From Candidatus Marinacidobacterales bacterium (GTDB lineage: Bacteria > Acidobacteriota > Vicinamibacteria > Marinacidobacterales > SMYC01), in NCBI GenBank assembly GCA_965224085.1, contig CBDCYI010000009.1:736001-800000 (forward strand): 64,000 nt of DNA, read 5' to 3'. Each line of letters opens with the position of its first letter. Within the stretch, counting starts at the first letter, position 1. Positions 1-10,226 of the stretch are shown here, in pieces. The position numbers were made by a program, and so were the translations under genes. The notes beneath the pieces are model-generated. The model saw nothing but the letters and a program-made list of their open reading frames with translations, had not been told where the DNA came from and made no database searches.

Positions 1-2
1 CG

Positions 3-575
3 CATGACGCTAAGATCTTCGACCAGAAGGGTGGCGAAGCCCTCCTCCGCGATCTCGCGAGTGGGTCGCGTGTCGTGGCGATCGGTGAGATTGGGCTCGA
101 CTACCACTACGACTCGTCCCCCAGGGAAGAGCAGCGGGACGTGTTCCGCCGCCAAATTCGGCTGGCCCGCGAGCTCGAGCTTCCCGTCATCGTGCACCAC
201 CGCGAGGCCGAAGAGGACCTGGCCGCCATTCTGGAGGAGGAAACGACGGGTGTCCGTGGGATCCTGCATTCGTTCACGGCGAGCCTCGCCACCGCCGAGA
301 TGGCCATTGCCCACGGGTTCTTGATCTCTTTTTCGGGGATCTTGACGTTCAGAAACGCCGAACCGCTGCGCCAAGCCGCCCGCGGGCTTCCGCTCGACAA
401 GATCCTCGTGGAAACGGACTGTCCGTACCTCGCTCCCGTGCCCTATCGCGGCAAACGCAACGAGCCCGCCTTCGTGCGCGAGACCGCCGACTGCCTGGCC
501 AAAACCAAGGGGATTTCCGGGCGGGAGGTCGAGGCAGCTACGGACGAGAACTTTTGGCGGTTTTTTTCCATCTAG
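3..575 (+). CDS. tatD: TatD family hydrolase/DNase (5' part outside window)
   Basis: Frame is open from base 3 (HDAK...VVAIGEIGLDY). Motifs AIGEIGLDY, PVIVHHRE, GILHSF, ETDCPYLAP and RGKRNEP are present. Confidence 0.9.
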   Translation, partial: HDAKIFDQKGGEALLRDLASGSRVVAIGEIGLDYHYDSSPREEQRDVFRRQIRLARELELPVIVHHREAEEDLAAILEEETTGVRGILHSFTASLATAEMAIAHGFLISFSGILTFRNAEPLRQAARGLPLDKILVETDCPYLAPVPYRGKRNEPAFVRETADCLAKTKGISGREVEAATDENFWRFFSI

Positions 576-641
576 TTGACTTCAAATAGGATCTCAGCTC
601 TCATTGCCGAGAAACGGGAATTTCGTAATAATGGGGGCCGA

Positions 642-1139
642 ATGGCGGTAGAAAGCAGTTTCGATATCGTGTGCAAGTTGGACGTGCAGGAAGTGAAGAA
701 TGCCGTCCAGCACTCGATGAAGGAAATCGTGAACCGGTTCGATTTCAAGGGCTCGGGTACACAAATCCAGGTCGTGGATGATGGGGTTGCGATCGAGCTC
801 AAGTCCTCGGAAGAGTTCAAGCTTCAAGGCGCGCGCGACGTGCTGGAATCGAAGCTAGTGAAGCGGGGTATCGAGCTCTTGGCGTTGAACCCTGGCCAGA
901 TCGAGTCCGCGCTAGGAGGTACCGTCCGGCAGAAAATCGAGCTCCAGAACGGCATCCCCATGGAAAAGGCGCGCGAAATCGTAAAAATCGTGAAGTCCAC
1001 GAAGCGCAAGGTCCAAGCCGCGATTCAGGGCGACCAAGTTCGCATTAGCGGCAAAAAGAAAGACGAGCTACAGTCCATCATGGCTCTCTTGAAAGAGGCG
1101 GATCTCGGAATCGCGATGCAGTTCAAGAATTACCGCTAA
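642..1139 (+). CDS. yajQ: YajQ family nucleotide/c-di-GMP-binding protein
   Basis: SFDIV...EVKNAV...RFDFKGS...KVQAAIQGDQVRISGKKKDELQ...QFKNYR signature. Start placed at ATG 642. Confidence 0.93.
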   Translation: MAVESSFDIVCKLDVQEVKNAVQHSMKEIVNRFDFKGSGTQIQVVDDGVAIELKSSEEFKLQGARDVLESKLVKRGIELLALNPGQIESALGGTVRQKIELQNGIPMEKAREIVKIVKSTKRKVQAAIQGDQVRISGKKKDELQSIMALLKEADLGIAMQFKNYR

Positions 1140-1145
1140 GAGCGC

Positions 1146-2177
1146 ATGGCAGGAAGAACATCTATGGCGTCCTCCGAAACACGTTCTGAGCTCCAAGAGC
1201 CCTCTCTGACCCTTGAATATATTTTCGGTGAAATCCAGAACGATCTCGATACCGTCGAGCAGATCATCCGCGACAAAGTGGAGAGCAAGCTCCAGCTCGT
1301 CGAGTCCAGTAGTCGCTATATCTACCGGAGCGGTGGTAAGCGCGTCCGGCCGGCGCTTCTCCTCATCGCCGCTCGCGCCTGCGGCTATACGGGCGACAAG
1401 GCGCCGCAATATGGCGCCGTCACCGAGTTCATCCATACCGCGACGCTCGTCCATGACGACATCGTTGATGAAGCGGTCATGCGGCGCGGGCAGCAATCCG
1501 TCAACGCTCTGCTCGGAAACGATTTCACCGTCCTCCTCGGGGATTTCCTCTACATCCGCTCGATCGGGCTCGCCATCGAGATGGGTAGCCTCGAGATTCT
1601 GCAAGTCATTACCGAGATCACGCTGCGCATGATCGAGGGCATGATTCTGGAACTGACCCGTGGAGGCGCGGTCGATTTAACGGTGGACGAGCACCTCGAC
1701 ATCTTGAAGCGCAAAACGGCCTATTTGTTTTATGGCTGCACGCAAATGGGTGCGAAGCTCGGTGGCGCGTCGCCGGAAGTCGAGACTGCGCTCGGCGAGT
1801 ACGGCATGAATATCGGCATGGCCTTTCAAGTCGCAGACGATCTACTCGACTTCACATCTGACGAAAAGACGCTCGGCAAACCCGTGCTCTCGGATTTGAA
1901 AGAAGGCCACGTCACGTTGCCGATCATTTACGCGCTCCAAAACGAGCCGCGCGCGCTCCCGACGGTCCAAGCGGTCATCGAGCGCGGCAGCATCGACGAG
2001 GTCAGCCGCAAAGAGATCCTGGATTTGGTGCGTCGCAACGGAAGTCTCGACAAAGCTCGGGACCTTGCCGAGGACTACGCATTCAAAGCCAAGGAATGTC
2101 TCGCGTCCCTGCCGGAGTCCATTAATAAGGATGCGTTGATGGCGCTCGCGTACTACGTCATCGAGCGCAATCGGTAG
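1146..2177 (+). CDS. Trans-polyprenyl diphosphate synthase (IspB/HepT-like)
   Basis: GGKRVRP, FARM LVHDDIVD..RRG, KTA, SARM FQVADDLLD, GKPVLSDLKEG. Confidence 0.92.
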   Translation: MAGRTSMASSETRSELQEPSLTLEYIFGEIQNDLDTVEQIIRDKVESKLQLVESSSRYIYRSGGKRVRPALLLIAARACGYTGDKAPQYGAVTEFIHTATLVHDDIVDEAVMRRGQQSVNALLGNDFTVLLGDFLYIRSIGLAIEMGSLEILQVITEITLRMIEGMILELTRGGAVDLTVDEHLDILKRKTAYLFYGCTQMGAKLGGASPEVETALGEYGMNIGMAFQVADDLLDFTSDEKTLGKPVLSDLKEGHVTLPIIYALQNEPRALPTVQAVIERGSIDEVSRKEILDLVRRNGSLDKARDLAEDYAFKAKECLASLPESINKDALMALAYYVIERNR

Positions 2178-2206
2178 GGCGAATAGGCGGCAGGCGGTAG
2201 GACACG

Positions 2207-2665
2207 CTGAGCCGCACACGGTATAGCCAGCGCGCCTTCCCTCCCTACCGCCACGAGCCCGGCAAGACGCCGCACCCGGAGCGTCACCCAGAGGGCCACA
2301 TGTACGGGCTCGAGCCCGCTTCCGAAGAAAACGATTTCTTGTACGGGGTCGATCTGTTCAATGCCGCCTATTGGTGGGAGGCGCATGTCTATTTCGAGCG
2401 CCTGTGGGCGGAGACTTCGTCTGCGGACGATCGCGAGTTTCTGCAGGGGCTCATCCAGCTCGCTGCGGCTCTCGTGAGACGGCGCGCAGGCAGCGCCGTC
2501 GGCGACGCGAAACTCACCGCGAAAGCGCTCGAAAAGCTCCGGCATACGCGGGAGCGCTTGGGGGCGGCATGCATGGGCGTGCGCCTCGATCCTCTGATCG
2601 CGAGCATTGAGGTCGTCGTCGACGAGTGCGGATCGATCGTCATTGAGCTCGAGCACCGGCCCTAA
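2207..2665 (+). CDS. DUF309 family protein
   Basis: [21 protein letters not shown]...[11 protein letters not shown] motif. The frame stays open upstream of ATG 2300 ([20 protein letters not shown]) to a CTG at 2207; start uncertain. Confidence 0.75.
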   Translation: MSRTRYSQRAFPPYRHEPGKTPHPERHPEGHMYGLEPASEENDFLYGVDLFNAAYWWEAHVYFERLWAETSSADDREFLQGLIQLAAALVRRRAGSAVGDAKLTAKALEKLRHTRERLGAACMGVRLDPLIASIEVVVDECGSIVIELEHRP

Positions 2666-2723
2666 TCTACTTCAAACAAAAGGTTTAAGGCCGCGTGCTA
2701 TACTCGACCCATTAAAGGAAAAC

Positions 2724-3383
2724 ATGGTCAAGCCCCGCATACTCGTCGTAGACGATGAAGAGCCCATTCGTAAGACCCTCCGCATGACGCTCGAATACGA
2801 GGGTTATGACGTCTCCGAAGGATCGTCCGGGGCGGAAGCGCTCGACAAGATCGAGAACGAGCCCTACGACCTCGTTTTTCTCGATATCAAGATGCCGGGG
2901 ATGGACGGCTTCGAAGTCCTCGGAGAGCTTCGCGAGCGCACGACAGCCCCTCAGGTCGTCGTCGTGAGCGGCCACGCAAACGTGCAAACGGCCGTCCAAG
3001 CCACGAAGCTACTAGGCGCTTTCGATTTCATCGAAAAGCCACTCGAGACCGAGAGGATATTGCTCGCTGTCCGAAACGCGCTTGAGCGCAAAGAGCTCAA
3101 GGAGGAGGTCTCGAGGCTCCGGCCCCGTTTCGAGCGCCGCTACCAGATGGTCGGGACCTCGTCGGTGATGGATAAAGTGCGCGAAGCTATCGCTCGCTCC
3201 GCTCCCACGAACGCCACCGTGCTCGTCACGGGAGAGTCGGGAACGGGCAAAGAGCTCGTCGCCCGCGCCATCCACACGAACAGCAACCGCACCCGCGCCC
3301 CCTGGATTCAAGTCAACTGCGCCGCCATCCCCGAAGACCTCATCGAGAGCGAGCTATTCGGGCACGAGAAAGGATCGTTCACA
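2724..3383 (+). pseudogene. NtrC/AtoC-type sigma-54 response regulator, 3'-truncated
   Basis: Receiver domain ([17 protein letters not shown]), Walker A GESGTGKE and [13 protein letters not shown]. The sequence breaks off inside the GAFTGA-type motif. Confidence 0.9.
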
Positions 3384-3384
3384 A

Positions 3385-3657
3385 ATGGCCGTCGCCGAGT
3401 GGAACGCCGGGAACGACCCCAAAGTTTCGGCCGCGCACCTTCGCTACTTGAATCCGTTCCCGAAGAACACCGCCGACGTGATGTCGCGCTTCGCGAAAGT
3501 ACTCGTACCCGAGCTCAACTTGGGACAGCTCGCGCTGCTGCTCCGAGGAAAGTTTGGAACAGACGTGGTCGAGCTTCACAAAGTTCAGGGCCGCCCATTC
3601 ACGATTGCGGAGCTCACCGACGCGTTTCGGGCGCAATTAGAGAAAGGTGCCTCATGA
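3385..3657 (+). pseudogene. korA: 2-oxoacid:ferredoxin oxidoreductase alpha subunit, C-terminal fragment
   Basis: [11 protein letters not shown]...[12 protein letters not shown]...KVQGRPF matches the alpha-subunit C-terminus. ATGA overlap with the beta subunit. Confidence 0.82.
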
Positions 3658-3849
3658 CGACGGCTGCAGCGACAAAGACTTGGAAGCGACAGGACTTCGC
3701 GTCCGACCAGGACGTCCGCTGGTGTCCCGGTTGCGGAGACTACGTTGTACTGTCCTCGGTGCACCGAACGCTAGCCGCCGTCGGTCGGGCGCCCCACGAG
3801 AACGTGTTCATCTCCGGCATTGGTTGCTCGAGCCGGTTCCCCTATTACC
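3654..3849 (+). pseudogene. korB: 2-oxoacid:ferredoxin oxidoreductase beta subunit, N-terminal fragment cut by IS
   Basis: [13 protein letters not shown]...[13 protein letters not shown], followed directly by the IS terminal repeat. Confidence 0.88.
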
Positions 3850-4937
3850 GGCGTTGTTGCACCGCTCTTGGCTGAGCGCGAAATCTACCCTATGGTGGTG
3901 GCCGAGGTAATGTTCGACCATGAAGTATCCCAAGCGCAGCCAGTACAAACACGCGAAACAGAAGAAGTACCACGTTTCCAACTGGGCGGAATACAACGAA
4001 GGGCTGCGCCGCCGGGGCGATTTGACGGTCTGGTTTGACGAGGAGGCAATCGCGAACTGGAAGGCCGACAAGAGCGGTAAGCCTGGCGGTCAACGGGTCT
4101 ATTCAGAGATGGCGATTGAAACGGGCCTGGTTGTCCGGATGGTGTACAAGCTTGCCTACCGCCAAACCGAAGGCTTCTTGCACTCGATCGCCTCGCTTCT
4201 CCGGCTGTGTATCGAGATCCCGGACTACTCGACGTTGTGTCGGCGGTCGAGGCTGCTCCGCAAGAAGCTGCGGATTCGGAAAGCCGCAAGCAATCAACCA
4301 ATCCACCTGATGATCGATAGCACGGGCTTGAGGATTCATGTTGGAACCACCCGCAAACCGCCAAAGCAGCGCGCCTGGCGCAAGTTGCACATCGCCGTTG
4401 ATCGCAAGACCGGCAACATTGTTGCGTCCGAACTGACGGTGTCACGAGCTCGCGACGCAACGCGAGTCCCCCCTTTGCTAACACAGATTCAAGCACCTAT
4501 AGCGTCGGTGGCGGCGGACAGTGCATACGACAAGGAAGCGGTCTACGAAGCCATCGAAGCGCACAGCCCTGAACGAAGGACGCGCGTGGTGATTCCGCCG
4601 CAACGAAACGCCACGCTCAGTCAGAATTCGAACACCGCCATGCGGGAACGCGACCGCCATATTCGTGCCATCGAAAGACACGGCCGACGTGAATGGTACA
4701 AGCTCTCAGGCTGCACCGAGCGAAGCATGGTGGAGAACGCGGTCTATCGTTACAAGGCGATCATGGGGCCCGAGATGCGGGCTCGAACGTTGGCGAGGCA
4801 ACGAGTTGAACACCGAATTGGGTGCGAGATACTCAACAAGATGACCGCGCTCGGTATGCCCGATACTTACTGCGCCGGGTGACTCTCCGACCGGCACAGG
4901 GAGGTCAGCGATTTGCTCCGGGCCGTGCAACAACGCC
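3850..4937 (+). mobile_element. IS5 family (IS903 group) insertion sequence, copy 1, intact transposase 3920..4882
   Basis: 13-bp TIR GGCGTTGTTGCAC...GTGCAACAACGCC. 320-aa transposase with NWAEYNEGLRRRGDLTVWF, IDSTGL, WRKLH, ADSAYD and RSMVENAVYRYK. Confidence 0.95.
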
Positions 4938-5284
4938 CCTTTTCTTCGAAGGTAATCGGCAAGCGCGACCGCCTGGTTGTAGTCTTTGTCGCGCGCGCTA
5001 TAGACGAGCGTCACCGTGCCGCTCCTGGACGCGGCGAGGATCGGCACCCAAAGCTCGCTTCTGTCGGCGAGCTCCGCGCTGTAGCGCTTCTTGAACCCGG
5101 CCCACTTTTCAGGATCGTGCGCGAACCAGCGTCTGAGTGTGTGGCTCGGACCGAGTTCGGGAAGCCACGCTTCGATGTGGACCCAATCCTTCGCCACGCC
5201 GCGCGGCCACAGGCGGTCAACCAGAAACCGCTTCCCGTCCTCGGCGCTCGCGGCTTCGTAGACGCGCTTCGTTCGAATCGGCAC
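4938..5284 (-). CDS. DUF488 (YeaO-like) protein, native 3' end replaced by IS
   Basis: KRVYEA...DGKRFLVDRLWPRGVAK...LRRWFAHDPEKW...TLVYSARD. The frame runs into the IS end without a stop. Confidence 0.85.
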
Positions 5285-5317
5285 CCTACGAGTATAGAGG
5301 ATAAAATCGCTCTCACC

Positions 5318-6121
5318 ATGACTGAGCTTCAGGGTGCGCGCGTTTTGATCACGGGTGCGGCGAGCGGCATCGGAAGGCGCATGGCTTTAGGCGTTGCGCG
5401 GCGCGGCGGCACGCTCGCTCTTTGGGACTTGAACGGTGAGGGTCTCGAGTCCGTGAAGTCCGAAGTAGAAGCGCTCGGAGGGAAAGCGACCGCTGCTGTC
5501 TGCGACGTCTCCGAGCGCGAGGCGGTTTACGCGGCCGCGGCGGCGGAAGAGCCGGTCGACGTCCTCATTAATAATGCTGGCATCGTCAGCGGCCAAGCGC
5601 TTCTCGAGATCTCGGACGAGCAGATCGAAAAGAGCTTCGACGTGAATGCGCTGTCCTTGTTTTGGATGACGAGAGCGTTCTTGCCAGGCATGATGGAGCG
5701 CGGCCGTGGACATGTGGTCACCATCGCCTCGGCAGCGGGCCTTCTCGGCGTTCCGGGTCTCACGGACTATTGCGCGACCAAGTGGGCCGCCATCGGCTTC
5801 GACGAGTCGCTTCGCGCCGAGCTCGAAAAGAAAGCCTCCGGCGTTCGGACCACCGTCGTCTGCCCTTACTACATTGATACCGGGATGTTCGAGGGCGTTA
5901 AAACCCGCTTTTCGTTTCTTTTGCCTATCTTGAATGCGGAGCGTGTCGCGGAGAAGGTTCTACGCGTCATCGAGCGCAACCAGGCGCGTCTATGGATGCC
6001 TCCTCTTGTGTACAGCCTCCCATTTCTTCGCCTCCTCCCCGTGTCGTGGTTTGATGCCGTTGCAAAATTGTTGGGTATCAGCGCTTCAATGGACGCATTC
6101 AAAGGCCGAACGACCAAATAA
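5318..6121 (+). CDS. Short-chain dehydrogenase/reductase
   Basis: TGAASGIG, NNAG and YCATK catalytic motif. Start placed at ATG 5318; the longer ORF from 4913 overlaps DUF488. Confidence 0.9.
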   Translation: MTELQGARVLITGAASGIGRRMALGVARRGGTLALWDLNGEGLESVKSEVEALGGKATAAVCDVSEREAVYAAAAAEEPVDVLINNAGIVSGQALLEISDEQIEKSFDVNALSLFWMTRAFLPGMMERGRGHVVTIASAAGLLGVPGLTDYCATKWAAIGFDESLRAELEKKASGVRTTVVCPYYIDTGMFEGVKTRFSFLLPILNAERVAEKVLRVIERNQARLWMPPLVYSLPFLRLLPVSWFDAVAKLLGISASMDAFKGRTTK

Positions 6122-6173
6122 CCTTACAATTCTGCTGGTTGCCCGTTTGCCGGAGCTGGCCCTATGAGTTAAA

Positions 6174-6193
6174 ATTTGACTATGCGGTCAAAT
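6174..6193. promoter_or_regulatory. Probable TetR operator palindrome
   Basis: ATTTGAC-tatgcg-GTCAAAT inverted repeat at the start of the tetR gene. Confidence 0.6.
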
Positions 6194-6826
6194 CTTGAGT
6201 CTGTCGGCCAGAAAAAGCCTACTTTCATTGAGGAAGCTCGCCGCCGGCAGATCGTCGAAACGGGAATCCAGACGATCGCCACCCAAGGCTTCTCCCAGGC
6301 TTCGCTGGCGGAGATTGCCCGCAAAGCGGGCATCAGCAAAGGGGTCATCTCGTACCACTTCGCGGGCAAGGAGGCGCTCGTCGATGAGATCTTGCGCTCG
6401 CTTCTCCGCCAGCCGGCTGAGTTCATCAAAGAGCGCGTCAGCCGCCACGAGAGCGCGCTCGGTAAGCTGCGCGCTTATATCGAAGCCAACTTCGAGTTCA
6501 TGAAGACCCACCGCGATAACTATGTCGCGCTCGTCGATCTTTGGGGGCGCCGCGGAAGCTCGGGGGGCCACAGCCGCTTCAACGCCGAAGCCCACGAGCC
6601 CGCGCGGCACTACCTCGCGCGCATCCTCGACGCGGGCCGTGAGCGCGGGGAGCTGCGTCAAGTTCCGGTGCGCACGACAGCTTCACTCGTCCAGGCCGCC
6701 ATCGACGGCGTGATGCTCCAGTGGGTCTTCGATGAAGAGGCCATCGATCTCGATGTGAGCCGCGCCGAAATATTGGAGATGGTTACCGGTCACGTAGTGC
6801 CCCAAGCAACAGGAGAACTCCGATGA
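6176..6826 (+). CDS. TetR/AcrR family transcriptional regulator
   Basis: ARRRQIVE...GFSQASLAEIARKAGISKGVISYHFAGKEAL HTH. Start uncertain. Confidence 0.9.
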   Translation: MTMRSNLESVGQKKPTFIEEARRRQIVETGIQTIATQGFSQASLAEIARKAGISKGVISYHFAGKEALVDEILRSLLRQPAEFIKERVSRHESALGKLRAYIEANFEFMKTHRDNYVALVDLWGRRGSSGGHSRFNAEAHEPARHYLARILDAGRERGELRQVPVRTTASLVQAAIDGVMLQWVFDEEAIDLDVSRAEILEMVTGHVVPQATGELR

Positions 6827-8772
6827 GCCCTATCGACACCACAGGCATGTCCGAAGGCAAAAAAGCCGCTCTCGAGCTCACCGAATCGTCGCGGGAAAGT
6901 TTCCACGGCTATCCCACGTTCGCGGGCGCGATCTTTATGGGCGAGCTCCACATGGACCTCATCCATCCTTGTCCCGAAGCGGCGTCCAACCGTGACGCTC
7001 GAGGTCGTGAGTTCCTGACGAGGCTCGAAGCGTTCTTGAAAGAGCATGCCGATCCCAATCAGATCGATCGCGATGGCGAAATCCCCGACCACGTCGTTGA
7101 AGGCCTCGCGGCGCTCGGCGCATTCGGGATCAAAATCCCACGGGAATACGGAGGCCTTGGCCTGAGCCAACAAATCTACACGCGTGCCGCCGTCCTGGTC
7201 GGAAGCTATTGCGGGAGCATCTCGGCGCTTTTGTCCGCGCATCAATCGATCGGTGTGCCCCAACCTCTGCTTTTGTTTGGAACGCAAGAACAGAAGAGTC
7301 GCTTCCTCCCACGTGTCGCGGGGGGCGAGATCTCGGCCTTCGCGCTCACGGAAAAAAGTGTCGGCTCGGATCCTTCGCGCATGGAGACTCATGCCGAGCC
7401 AACTGAGGACGACGCCGGTAAGCACTTTATTCTCAATGGCGAGAAGCTTTGGTGCACGAACGGCACCCGCGCGAAGTTGCTCGTGGTCATGGCCAAGACG
7501 CCGCCGAAGGAGTTCGACGGTAAGAAGCGCAACCAAGTCACCGCTTTCGTGGTCGACACCGACACACCCGGTGTCGAAGTGGTGCACCGCTGCCGTTTCA
7601 TGGGCTTGAAGGCACTCTTTAACGCCGTCATCCGCTTCGACAACGTGAAAGTCCCCGCCGAGAACGTCATCGGAGCCGAAGGTGCGGGCCTTCGCGTCGC
7701 CCTCACGACGCTCAACACCGGACGCATCACGCTACCGGCGATGTGCATCGGCCTGAGCAAGCGTGCGTACCAATATGCGAGGGACTTCGCGAACGATCGA
7801 GAGCAATGGGGCGCGCCGATTGGAAAACACGCCGCCGTCGCCGACAAGATTGCGCGCATGGCATCGACGATCTTCGCGATGGAATCGATGACCTACCTCA
7901 CTTCCGCGCTCGTCGATCGCAAGCACATGGATATCCGCGTGGAAGCAGCGATGGCGAAGCTGTACGGAACCGAGGCTGCGTGGAACAACGTCGACGAAGC
8001 GATGCAGACCCTTGGAGGCCGCGGCTACGAGACCGCCGAATCCCTCGGGGCTCGAGGCGAAAAGCCCTATGCCATCGAGCGTGCGATGCGCGATGCGCGC
8101 ATCAACCGCATCTTCGAAGGCTCAACGGAGATCATGCGCTTGTTCATCGCGCGCGAAGCGATGGACCCGCATCTGCGCATAGCCGGCGATGTCATGGACT
8201 CACGGCTCCCGCTCTCGAAACGTCTCACCGCGACGCTTCGCGCCGGCTGGTTTTATGTGCGGTGGTACCCGAAACAATGGCTCCCGGCCTTTCCCAAAAC
8301 ACCGGGAATGGACCCTGCCCTGAAAAGGCATGTGCGCTACGCGGCCCGAACGAGCAAGAAGCTTGCGCGAAAAATGTTCCGTGCGATGTTGAAACACGGA
8401 CCCAAGCTAGAGCGCGAGCAATTACTCCTCGCGCGATTCGTCGACGTCGCCACGGACCTCTTTGCCCAATTGGCCTCTGCAAGCCGAGCCCAAGCGCTCA
8501 TCGACGAAGGTGCCGATGCCCGTGAAGTGAAAGCTCTCGTCGAGCACTTTTGCGCCGAATCCCGCCTTCGCATCGAAGCCGCCTTCCGAGGCGTGGGCCA
8601 GAACAACGATGCGATGGGGTATCGCCTCGCACAAGGACTGCTGAAAGGCGACGCCGAATGGCTCCTTGACGGCATCGTCGAGGAGACCCTCGAGCCCCCG
8701 GTGAGCCACGGTGAGCCGAAACCTGCCGATGTGGACCAACTGACGCTGGAGCTCGAAGAGGTTCGGCACTGA
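6823..8772 (+). CDS. Acyl-CoA dehydrogenase (very-long-chain/FadE-like)
   Basis: SAFALTE..VGSD, LNGEKLWCTNG, REQWGAPIG, QTLGGRGY and RIFEGSTEI motifs. Confidence 0.92.
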   Translation: MSPIDTTGMSEGKKAALELTESSRESFHGYPTFAGAIFMGELHMDLIHPCPEAASNRDARGREFLTRLEAFLKEHADPNQIDRDGEIPDHVVEGLAALGAFGIKIPREYGGLGLSQQIYTRAAVLVGSYCGSISALLSAHQSIGVPQPLLLFGTQEQKSRFLPRVAGGEISAFALTEKSVGSDPSRMETHAEPTEDDAGKHFILNGEKLWCTNGTRAKLLVVMAKTPPKEFDGKKRNQVTAFVVDTDTPGVEVVHRCRFMGLKALFNAVIRFDNVKVPAENVIGAEGAGLRVALTTLNTGRITLPAMCIGLSKRAYQYARDFANDREQWGAPIGKHAAVADKIARMASTIFAMESMTYLTSALVDRKHMDIRVEAAMAKLYGTEAAWNNVDEAMQTLGGRGYETAESLGARGEKPYAIERAMRDARINRIFEGSTEIMRLFIAREAMDPHLRIAGDVMDSRLPLSKRLTATLRAGWFYVRWYPKQWLPAFPKTPGMDPALKRHVRYAARTSKKLARKMFRAMLKHGPKLEREQLLLARFVDVATDLFAQLASASRAQALIDEGADAREVKALVEHFCAESRLRIEAAFRGVGQNNDAMGYRLAQGLLKGDAEWLLDGIVEETLEPPVSHGEPKPADVDQLTLELEEVRH

Positions 8773-8778
8773 TCGCGT

Positions 8779-8807
8779 TTGCCTGGAACACCGGATCGGA
8801 GTATTCT
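8779..8807 (+). promoter_or_regulatory. Sigma-70 promoter of the tRNA pair
   Basis: TTGCCT-17 bp-TATTCT, 38 bp upstream of tRNA-Arg. Confidence 0.6.
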
Positions 8808-8845
8808 TACGGTCTTCTGGAGACAACGTCCTCGGATGCCGGCAT

Positions 8846-8922
8846 GCGCCTGTAGCTCAGCTGGATAGAGCGTCTGCCTCCGGAGCAGAAGGTCAGAGGT
8901 TCGAATCCTCTCAGGCGTACCA
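8846..8922 (+). tRNA. tRNA-Arg(CCG)
   Basis: GCGCCTG acceptor stem, D arm TAGCTCAGCTGGATAGAGC, anticodon arm TCTGC-CTCCGGA-GCAGA, GGTTCGAATCC, 3' CCA. Confidence 0.96.
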
Positions 8923-8943
8923 GTCGAAGCATCCCCATCACGT

Positions 8944-9019
8944 GGGCCGCTAGCTCAATTGGCAGAGCAACGGACTCTTAATCCGTAGGTTCGCGGTTCG
9001 ATTCCGCGGCGGCTCACCA
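8944..9019 (+). tRNA. tRNA-Lys(CTT)
   Basis: GGGCCGC acceptor stem, anticodon loop CTCTTAA, GGTTCGATTCC, 3' CCA. Confidence 0.96.
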
Positions 9020-9747
9020 ACTTGCAGACGCTCCAATTTTCGTGGGGGGTGTAAGTGGGCGGACTTGGAAATTTCGCCCGATTCCGCCACGTCGAAACCG
9101 TTTGCTTTGTCGGCAAGGTCGCTGCCTTTCGACGGCATCCAGCGTGCGTAGTATTTCAATACGGTTTCCGGCGAGTCTCCCATCTGAGCCGCAACGTAGG
9201 TCAACGCCACACGCGCTACGGCAAAGCTGGCATATGTGTGTCTGAGATCGTATGGCGTGAAGTGAGGTAGCCCGCCTCGCTTCAGCACTTTGTTGAATTC
9301 CTTCACGACGTTCGCGTGATCGAGCGTGGTGTTGGCGTCCGAAGGAAACAGTAGCTCGGGTTCACCCCAACCTTTCTTCATTCCGTGTTCGCGTAGGTGC
9401 GACACGTGCTCACTCAGGATCTCAAGTAGTGGCGTCGGGATATCTACTACACGGATTACGCTCGTCTTCGTAGTCTTCTCTCTAAGAGTATGAAGCTCGA
9501 TGGATTTGTTGATAGTGATCGTGCGCTTGTGCCAGTCTATTGAGTCGAGCCGAAGCGCATAGGGTTCGCTCGGTCGTAAACCGGTCATGACACGCAACGT
9601 GAACAGAACACCGAAACGCGAATCCTTGCAGGCTTCTAGAAACCTCGCACGCTGCTCCGTGTCCATCGGCTTGATGCGTGCGGCTTGTTCGTTTACTGAG
9701 ACGAAGCCAGGTTGCTTTCGACGTGATCCCAATCGAACGCCTAGCAC
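8950..9747 (-). pseudogene. Tyrosine recombinase/phage integrase, catalytic domain only; ORF reads through tRNA-Lys antisense
   Basis: TGLRPSE (Arg), YDLRHTYAS, QMGDS and KYYA (Tyr). No N-terminal arm or core-binding domain is evident. Confidence 0.8.
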
Positions 9748-9751
9748 AGGG

Positions 9752-10226
9752 TTACGTTATTTTGGCTAGTAGTTCCGGGTTATCTACCTCCCACTGATAA
9801 CGCTTGATTTCGTCGGTCGTCCAATCGCCTGCACCAAGTTCTCGTAACCGGCGCAGTTCCGCGATGAACTCCTCACGATGCATTGACGGCTTACATTCGT
9901 TACGCTTGAACCCTAAGACGTGAATCATTTCGTGGAGCAGCAGGGGCTCAAGCCGGGTGGGTGTCAACATCGACCAATGTAGTTGTATGACACCATGACC
10001 GTGGGTACGTCCAGCCAATCCACGGAAAACTTAGGTCGAAGCCCATAACGCGGAACTTTGGAACAGTACCGTCACTGATGGGGACGTCCACTAACTCTCC
10101 ACCGAAATAGAAGGCGTTGATCCAGTCGTACAGAAGATCAAGCCATGGTGAAATTATCTCCAGCCCGGCTTGGTAATCTTTGTTTCGGCGCACACGTCTC
10201 CACGCGCTTGATCTAAAGTCGATCAT
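9752..10226 (-). pseudogene. SprT-like zinc metalloprotease, frameshifted near 10018
   Basis: Two overlapping ORFs join to give INAFYFGGEL...LLLHEMIHV...HREEF. Confidence 0.6.

Noticed and set aside
3885-4496. Conserved 203-aa antisense ORF in all three IS903-group copies
   Set aside because: Conservation follows from copy identity; it is a shadow ORF with no recognisable motif.
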